DNA of 64,000 nucleotides from Chloroflexota bacterium (GTDB lineage: Bacteria; Chloroflexota; UBA11872; VXOZ01), in the NCBI GenBank assembly GCA_965221905.1, contig OZ244922.1, positions 672,001 to 736,000 of the forward strand, given 5' to 3'. This document shows, piece by piece, positions 57,649-64,000 of this stretch; within the stretch, counting starts at the first letter, position 1; each line of letters begins with the position of its first letter. The notes under the pieces were generated by a model. That model did no database searches. It was not told where the DNA came from and saw only the letters and a list, made by a program, of their open reading frames with translations. The translations under genes were made by a program, and so were the position numbers.

Positions 57649-58890
57649 ATGAGTGAGAAACTGGCGCGCGACGGCGGTACGCCGGTGCGCACGGCGCCAT
57701 TTCCCACCTGGCCGGTCTGGGATGGTGCGGACGAGAAAGCGCTGCTGGGAGTATTGCGGTCCGGAGTGTGGGGGCGCAACGCCGGCACGCAGACGGAGGC
57801 ATTCGAGGAGGAATTCGCGGCCTTCCAGGGCACAACGTATTGTATTGCGGTGGTCAACGGCACGTGCGCTTTAGAATTAGGACTGCGCGTGCTGGACGTG
57901 GAGTATGGCGACGAGGTGATCGTGCCGTCTTACACGTTTGTCGCCACACCAGCGGCGCCGCTCTTCTTGGGCGCAATTCCCGTGTTCGCTGACATTGACC
58001 CCGACACATTCGAGCTCGATCCCGCTTCGGTGGAAGCCGCCATTACGCCTCGCACCAAAGCGATCATTCCGGTGCATATCGCCGGTCAGCCGCCCGACAT
58101 GGACGGCATCCTGGCGGTTGCGGCCAAGCACAACTTGCGCGTGCTGGAGGATGCGGCGCAGGCCCACGGCGCTGCCTGGCGCGATCAAGGGGTGGGCGGC
58201 GTCGGCGATCTCGGTAGTTTCAGCTTTCAGTCCAGCAAGAATCTCAATGCCGGTGAAGGCGGCGCGATTTGTACGAATGACCAGGAGCTGGCCGAGCTGA
58301 CGTGGTCGCTCATGAACGTGGGCCGCCTGCGGGAAGGCGCCTGGTATCAGCACGAGCGGCTGGGCTGGAACTACCGCCTCAGCGAGTTTCACGGCGCGCT
58401 GCTGCGGGCGCAACTCACCCGTGTGCCCGAGCAAATGGCACGGCGCGAGTCCAACGCGAGTTACCTAGATACGCATTTGGCGGAGATACCCGGTATTTCG
58501 CCGCAATACCGTCCGCCGCACGTGACCGGTCACGCCCACCACCTCTACATGTTCCGCTACGAGAAGGCGGACTTTGGCGGTAACGACCGCGCCGCGTTCA
58601 TCAAGACGCTCAGCGCGGAAGGCATTCCGTGCTCTCCAGGCTACGACTGGCCCTGCCATGAGCAGAACGCCGTCAAGAATTCAGTACGCGACATTCTGCA
58701 AAAGCTTGGGCGAACCGACGATCCGCTGGACCGCCCTCTGCCTAATACCGACCGCATCTCTCACGAGGAAGGCGTGTGGCTGCCGCAGAGCGCGTTGCTC
58801 GCCACTGAGCAGGATATGCAGCAGATCGTCGACGCCGTGGCGAAAGTGCAACAGGCGTTTAGCATGGAGAGAGCCGCAGAGCGGGTCTGA
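57649..58890 (+). CDS. DegT/DnrJ/EryC1/StrS PLP aminotransferase (AHBA-synthase-like)
   Basis: NGTCALE, EDAAQAHG, FSFQSSKNLNAGEGG, GWNYR. Confidence 0.92.
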   Translation: MSEKLARDGGTPVRTAPFPTWPVWDGADEKALLGVLRSGVWGRNAGTQTEAFEEEFAAFQGTTYCIAVVNGTCALELGLRVLDVEYGDEVIVPSYTFVATPAAPLFLGAIPVFADIDPDTFELDPASVEAAITPRTKAIIPVHIAGQPPDMDGILAVAAKHNLRVLEDAAQAHGAAWRDQGVGGVGDLGSFSFQSSKNLNAGEGGAICTNDQELAELTWSLMNVGRLREGAWYQHERLGWNYRLSEFHGALLRAQLTRVPEQMARRESNASYLDTHLAEIPGISPQYRPPHVTGHAHHLYMFRYEKADFGGNDRAAFIKTLSAEGIPCSPGYDWPCHEQNAVKNSVRDILQKLGRTDDPLDRPLPNTDRISHEEGVWLPQSALLATEQDMQQIVDAVAKVQQAFSMERAAERV

Positions 58891-58933
58891 GCGGTTGCGT
58901 TTGCACGGTAATCCCACGCTGAAGTTGGACTTT

Positions 58934-59203
58934 GTAGCGCGGGGGCTTGTCCCCCGCTCCGAACGGCGCACAAGAGAGATTGTATCCACTCTCCCCGTTC
59001 GTGCTGAGCTTGTCGAAGCATAAACGGGGAGAATGCCACTTTGACCCGCCAGGCGGATCCGTAATCGTTCACCCTTCGACGCCACTCACGGCGAACGGAA
59101 CGCTAGAGATCGAAAATGCGTAGCGCGGGGGCTTGTTCCCCCGCTCCGGACAGTTCGTTTACGGCGCGGAGAAGATGGATTCCCGCGTGCGCGGGAATGA
59201 CGG
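58934..59203. repeat. Mixed REP cluster (GTAG, TCGAAG and CGTC families)
   Basis: GTAGCGCGGGGGCTTGTCCCCCGCTCC at 58934 and 59120; CCGTTCGTGCTGAGCTTGTCGAAGCA at 58995; TGGATTCCCGCGTGCGCGGGAATGACGG at 59176. Confidence 0.85.
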
Positions 59204-59342
59204 GTGGAGCGTTGTCTCTTCTACCAAAATGGGTTAAGTGCGATCATGTGCGTGCGGACGGAAGGTGGTTTGCACTGAACGGGATGGAAGACACATGAGT
59301 TTGTCCTTAGCCGAGCCTACCTGACCTTGATTGTGGTCCGAA

Positions 59343-59906
59343 ATGCGGGTCTCCGCAGCGCAGGAATACTATTGGAGTCAACTCTTGGTCGACCCATCGT
59401 TTGAAACCTCCATCACACTGCCTACACTCGGCACTGTGCGCTTCCACTGTCTGCGCACCACGGACGCGGACCTGCTCTACGCGTTTTTCAAGAATCTGGG
59501 CCCGCGGACGCGCGCCTGGTTTCGACCGCACACCCCGTGGACGTATGCCGTGGCGCAGCTACTCGCTGGGGATGCCGAAGACCCCGACTTCATCCGCTTT
59601 CTTGCCCTCGTAGAGAGGGATGGAGAAGTGGTACCGGCGGGCTATGGATTCTTCGAAAACCTGCAATCCACCAGACCGGTCCTCGGCATTGCGGTGGCCG
59701 ACGCATTCCAAGAGTTGGGGATCGGACAAGCAATTATGCAGCACCTCAAGGCGGTAGCACGTCAATTGGACAAAAAGCGTATCATACTCACTGTAGACGG
59801 TGACAACGTGCGGGCGCAGCACGTCTACGCCAAGATGGGCTTCACAATGACACGGCTAATTCCGGGGAGCTCGCATGACGCCCGCGAGATGGAGTGCATG
59901 CTGTAG
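59343..59906 (+). CDS. GNAT family N-acetyltransferase
   Basis: LGIAVADAFQELGIG (motif A), LTVDGDNVRAQHVYAKMGF (motif B); start approximate. Confidence 0.88.
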   Translation: MRVSAAQEYYWSQLLVDPSFETSITLPTLGTVRFHCLRTTDADLLYAFFKNLGPRTRAWFRPHTPWTYAVAQLLAGDAEDPDFIRFLALVERDGEVVPAGYGFFENLQSTRPVLGIAVADAFQELGIGQAIMQHLKAVARQLDKKRIILTVDGDNVRAQHVYAKMGFTMTRLIPGSSHDAREMECML

Positions 59907-59949
59907 CCTGTCGGTTGACGACCGCGACTCTGTATCACCTGAAAGCCTC

Positions 59950-60056
59950 TGGATTCCGGCTCCGTATCGAGTACGGGGGCAGGCTTTTCGCCGGAATGAC
60001 GAGAAAGGGCTGGAATGATCGGAAGTGGCCGGAAATGACCGGAAATGACCGGAGTG
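59950..60056. repeat. CGTC-type REP with nested insert, followed by a 10-bp tandem repeat (CGGAAATGAC)
   Basis: Seen directly; compare the insert-free copy at 63301. Confidence 0.75.
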
Positions 60057-60108
60057 AAAAAAAGATAGTGTGCACTCTCTAAAGCAGCAGGAGGAGAAAA
60101 GAGATCTC

Positions 60109-62802
60109 ATGGCAATCAAGACATGGCCTGCAGAGGTGAACAGCGTCCGCAAAGCAACCGTGGTCCCTTTGGATGAAATAACGTTGCCGGAGAAGATCTT
60201 CATCGTGCCCGGCGCGCATCTGGATTTCGGCTGGTGCGCGGGGATCTCCGAGTGCCTCGCCTACGCCGACGAAATAATCAAAGGATCCATTGACGCCATC
60301 ACCGGGCCGGTGCCGGACTACCGCTTCACGGTCGAATACGCCGCGTTTCTGCGTCACTTCCTGGCGCGCTTCCCGGAGTACCTGCCTACGGTGAAGCAAC
60401 TTGTCAAAGAGCGCAAAATCGAGACGACCGCCGCTATGGTTGGTTACATGGAGGACGTGCTCGACGGCGAGATCATGGTGCGCGAGATCGTGCATGCCAA
60501 GCGCTTCGCCCGTGATGTGCTGGATTGCGACTTGCCCACGGCGCAGCATTCCGACCTTCCCGGCCACACACCGCAAATGCCGCAACTGCTGGCTAAAGCC
60601 GGCGTGAAGTATTTCTCGTACACGCGTTTTCGACCATATACGCCCGTCCACTGGTGGGAGGCCCCCGACGGTTCGCGGGTGCTGGCGGCCAATCATCTCA
60701 ACAACTACGGCTGGGCCTTCATCCTCACGAACCCGGAAATCGGTTGGCTACCCGATTACGAGGGTGATGAGCCTGAGTTGCAGTCGATATCGGAGGCGAT
60801 GCGCATTTGGCCGTTGCCCGTGCTGCTCATGATGGGACAGTCCGACCTGCGTCCGCCAATACCGGGAGATATCGTGCCCGCGGCAAAGAAACTCACCGAC
60901 GAAGGCAAGCTAAACTTCACCTTCTCCACTATCACCGATTTCTTCGAAGCCGCCGAGCGGACCGGCAAGCTGGACGACCTGCCGATCTACGGGGGCCATG
61001 CGCCGTATGCGTTCTACTGTATTCCGGCGTTTGCGCCGCGCGTCTACTTGGAAGCGCGCCATGCGGAGAATGCGCTGGCTGCGGCGGAGAAGCTCTCGGC
61101 CATCCGTGGACTCCTGGGCTTGGGCGCGTACCCACGGGCCGAGCTCGATCCCGCCTGGGAAGATCTTTATAACTGCCATGACCATAACGTTGGGGGCAGA
61201 CATGGAGAGCTCAACGACGACGTGCGCTACAAGACCGCTGTGCACGCCCGCATGATCGGCATGGAAACCGCGCGTGAGGCGAACGTACAGTTTGCCACCC
61301 ACGTGAATTACAATCCTCCAAGCGAGGAGGCGCGCACACTGCTTGTGAGCAACTCGCTCAACTGGGACCGCACGGACGTGGTGCAGGACTACATGGAGTT
61401 TGATGGCGACAACGTAACGGGTATCCGCATTACGGACGGTCAGGGCACCGAGATGCCGTGCCAGGTCATCAAGGCCCAAAACGCCGGCGACGACCGCGCC
61501 GACTTCGCGGGATTCGGCTACTCACGCGTGGACTTTGCGTTTTTGGCCAAGGACGTGCCTTCGCTTGGCTTCAAGACGTTCTATTTGGAGCCGAGGGTCG
61601 GCGCCAGCGACCAGAATACGCGGCGTGGAACGATGGAGCACGTAGTTGAGAACGACCACTTCCGCCTGGACGTAACCGGCGGCATGGTGAAGAGTTTGCA
61701 ATGGAAGCGGTCAGGTGGCGCTAGTGTTGAGCTCGCTGCGGAGGCCGACCATTACTTCAACGAGGTGGTGGTGCTCGAAGACCTGCGCTTCGACCTGGAA
61801 GATTCTCAGGACGAGCAAGCAATGAAAGGCACGCACACCGACGAGGCACTGGCGCTGCAGGCGAGCGGCGAAGACTGGCTGGCGGGCACGAACTTTACCG
61901 GCCGGGAATGGCGGGCCAGCGACGGCCCCACGCAGGTGCAGTGGGTGGAGCGCGGGCCGCTCTGGACAACCGTCTGCCTGCGCAGCCATGTGCTCGGCGC
62001 GCCGATTGTGCAGGAGATCCGGCTGCATAACCAGGAACCGCGCGTGGACCTGATCACCACCATCGACTGGAACGGAACGAAGAATACGCAGTTGCGCATT
62101 GCCCTGCCCTACAACGTGCCGGAGGGCGAGGTCACGTATGAAGTGCCGTTTGCAAACGTGGTCTTTGGCAAGGATGAAATACCGAACACCTATCGCGGCG
62201 ACGGCTCGCGCTGGGTGCAGAAGTGGCTGGATGTTTCCAACGGGGACTACGGCATTACGCAGGGCACCAGCAACTGTGTGCACGCCATCAAGGGTACATC
62301 CGTCTACCCAACGCTGCTTCGCACGGCCTACTCCTGCGGCACGCCGTTCTTCGAATACCCGAACACCGGCGTGCATACCTACCACGCCACCCTCGTACCG
62401 CACGAAGGCGATTGGCGTTCAGCCGGCGCGGAGCGGGTTGGCTGGCAGCACTGGAATCCGTTACAGACCTCTAAGCTGGCAACAGCGGCTCCGATGCAGC
62501 CGTTTGCAGGCAACACGTTCCTCAACGACCAGGAGAGCTTCGTGCGCACAGACGCGCCGAACGTAGTAATCACCACCATCCAGGAGCATCCCGATCGACC
62601 CGGGAACTGGATGCTGCGTCTCTTCGAGGCACATGGCGAGGATACGACGGTTAACCTGCAACTTCCCCGCGACGTGGAATCGGCCTGGGTCACTAATCTC
62701 ATGGGGGATCTGGAGACTGAGCTTGCGGTCTCCGGCAATACGGTCACGGTGCCGTTGGATGCCTACGGGATTGAAACTGTCGCCATTGCCTTTGCAACGT
62801 AG
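60109..62802 (+). CDS. Glycoside hydrolase family 38 (alpha-mannosidase-like)
   Basis: AHLDFGW, DGEIMVR, SDLPGH (nucleophile context), WWEAPDGSRVL, CHD, NSLNW.R, YEVPF, LRLFE. Confidence 0.88.
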   Translation: MAIKTWPAEVNSVRKATVVPLDEITLPEKIFIVPGAHLDFGWCAGISECLAYADEIIKGSIDAITGPVPDYRFTVEYAAFLRHFLARFPEYLPTVKQLVKERKIETTAAMVGYMEDVLDGEIMVREIVHAKRFARDVLDCDLPTAQHSDLPGHTPQMPQLLAKAGVKYFSYTRFRPYTPVHWWEAPDGSRVLAANHLNNYGWAFILTNPEIGWLPDYEGDEPELQSISEAMRIWPLPVLLMMGQSDLRPPIPGDIVPAAKKLTDEGKLNFTFSTITDFFEAAERTGKLDDLPIYGGHAPYAFYCIPAFAPRVYLEARHAENALAAAEKLSAIRGLLGLGAYPRAELDPAWEDLYNCHDHNVGGRHGELNDDVRYKTAVHARMIGMETAREANVQFATHVNYNPPSEEARTLLVSNSLNWDRTDVVQDYMEFDGDNVTGIRITDGQGTEMPCQVIKAQNAGDDRADFAGFGYSRVDFAFLAKDVPSLGFKTFYLEPRVGASDQNTRRGTMEHVVENDHFRLDVTGGMVKSLQWKRSGGASVELAAEADHYFNEVVVLEDLRFDLEDSQDEQAMKGTHTDEALALQASGEDWLAGTNFTGREWRASDGPTQVQWVERGPLWTTVCLRSHVLGAPIVQEIRLHNQEPRVDLITTIDWNGTKNTQLRIALPYNVPEGEVTYEVPFANVVFGKDEIPNTYRGDGSRWVQKWLDVSNGDYGITQGTSNCVHAIKGTSVYPTLLRTAYSCGTPFFEYPNTGVHTYHATLVPHEGDWRSAGAERVGWQHWNPLQTSKLATAAPMQPFAGNTFLNDQESFVRTDAPNVVITTIQEHPDRPGNWMLRLFEAHGEDTTVNLQLPRDVESAWVTNLMGDLETELAVSGNTVTVPLDAYGIETVAIAFAT

Positions 62803-62842
62803 AGGCCTAGGTTGCTGCCATTAACATAGGATTTTGGGGCAG

Positions 62843-62876
62843 GAATGAGGGGGCGCAAAACTGCGCCCCCTCATTC
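62843..62876 (+). terminator. Intrinsic terminator-like hairpin after GH38
   Basis: GAATGAGGGGGCGCA-AAAC-TGCGCCCCCTCATTC perfect 15-bp stem followed by TGTT. Confidence 0.7.
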
Positions 62877-62884
62877 TGTTGTAT

Positions 62885-63258
62885 ACGCCCTGGACGAATT
62901 CCGTGGCGCGGCAGTTCGCGGAGCGTGCCGATGATCCCGACTTCATCCGCTTTCTTGTACTGGTAGCGAGAGACGGCGAAAAGATACCGGCAAGGTACGG
63001 ATTCTACGAGAGCTTGTAATCCGCCAGGCCGGTCCTCGGCATTGCGGTGGCTGACACGTACCATGAGTTGGGGATCGGGCAGGCGATCATGCAACACTTG
63101 ATATAGGTTGCGTGTCAATTAGGAAAAAGGCGTATCATACGTGCAGTAGACCGCGATGACGTGCGGGCGCAGCACGTCTGCGCGAAGATGGGCTTTACGC
63201 GGACGCGGCTAATTCCGGGAAGTTCGCATAACGCCGCGAGATGGAGTGCATACCGTAA
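62885..63258 (+). pseudogene. 5'-truncated degenerate copy of the GNAT gene
   Basis: Aligns base by base with about 59532-59906; in-frame TAA 63017 and TAG 63104, plus a 1-bp deletion near the 3' end. Confidence 0.9.
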
Positions 63259-63375
63259 CTGGAATGTTGACGCCCACCAACGGTAGCACAGTGCTGAGTC
63301 TGGATTCCGGCTTTCGCCGGAATGACGGATTCATGGAGTGTGTCCTTTAGTGCAGCGAGAGGAGCGATAGGTCTC

Positions 63376-64000
63376 ATGGCGATCAAGACATGGCCTGCGG
63401 AGGTCAACAGCGTGCGAACGGCGACGGTGCTATCTCCGGATGAAGTGCAGTTGCCGGAGGAGATATTCATCGTGCCCGGCGCGCATCTGGACTTTGGCTG
63501 GTGTGCGGGGATCTCCGAGTGTCTCGCCTACGCCGATGAACTCATCAAAGGAGCCATCGACACCATCACCGGCCCTGAGCCGGACTACCGGTTTACGGTC
63601 GAATACGCCGCGTTTCTGCGCCACTTCGTCACGCGTTTCCCGGAGTACCTGCCCACGGTGAAGCAGCTTGTTAAGGAGCGCAAGCTCGAGACCACCGCCG
63701 CCATGGTGGGTTACATGGAGGATGTGCTGGATGGGGAGATCATGGTGCGCGAGATCGTGCACGCCAAGCGGTTCGCCCGCGACGTGCTGGACTGCGACTT
63801 GCCCACGGCGCAGCACTCCGACCTCCCCGGCCACACGCCGCAGATGCCCCAGTTGCTCGCCAAAGCCGGGGTGAAATACTTCTCCTACTCGCGGTTTCGG
63901 CCGTTTTGCCCGGTGCATTGGTGGGAGGCGCCGGACGGTTCGCGGGTGCTGGCGGCAAATCATGTTCATAACTACGGCTGGGCCTTCATGCTCACCCACT
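63376..64000 (+). CDS. Second GH38 paralogue (runs off the window)
   Basis: MAIKTWPAEVNSVR... nearly identical in protein to 60109..62802; GAGGAG RBS. Confidence 0.92.
   Translation, partial: MAIKTWPAEVNSVRTATVLSPDEVQLPEEIFIVPGAHLDFGWCAGISECLAYADELIKGAIDTITGPEPDYRFTVEYAAFLRHFVTRFPEYLPTVKQLVKERKLETTAAMVGYMEDVLDGEIMVREIVHAKRFARDVLDCDLPTAQHSDLPGHTPQMPQLLAKAGVKYFSYSRFRPFCPVHWWEAPDGSRVLAANHVHNYGWAFMLTH

Noticed and set aside
39526-58890. Ansamycin/aminoglycoside biosynthetic cluster suggested by AHBA-synthase-like genes
   Set aside because: The genes are 17 kb apart among housekeeping genes, with no PKS, kinase or cyclase partners.

Overview
GC-rich bacterial chromosomal window, most consistent with a monoderm Chloroflexota-like organism. 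This is inferred from rplI-dnaB, dxr-rseP with no bamA, a split two-gene NAD synthetase, YfhO, a c-di-AMP riboswitch and PT-linker secreted proteins. Housekeeping genes (rplI, dnaB, ybeY, thiI, dxr, rseP, fhs, nadE, rsmI) are interleaved with a surface-glycan locus, many paralogous sugar/amide catabolic enzymes, two MNT-HEPN toxin-antitoxin pairs, a Fic protein and an orphan HigA. Dense palindromic REP-like repeats of several families occur throughout. The main items worth follow-up are: (1) a lipoprotein thioester protein with animal-type alpha-2-macroglobulin/CD109/complement motifs; (2) a complete promoter, c-di-AMP riboswitch and terminator unit with no annotated gene behind it, only a possible 42-aa ORF, upstream of the glycosyltransferase locus; (3) a translationally coupled DUF4365 nuclease plus unknown-partner pair that looks like an uncharacterised defence or TA module; (4) REP elements embedded in-frame in genes, nested inside each other and arranged in a 166-bp-period array; (5) a tandem GNAT-REP-GH38 duplication. 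All calls come from reading motifs by eye; no database searches were run.
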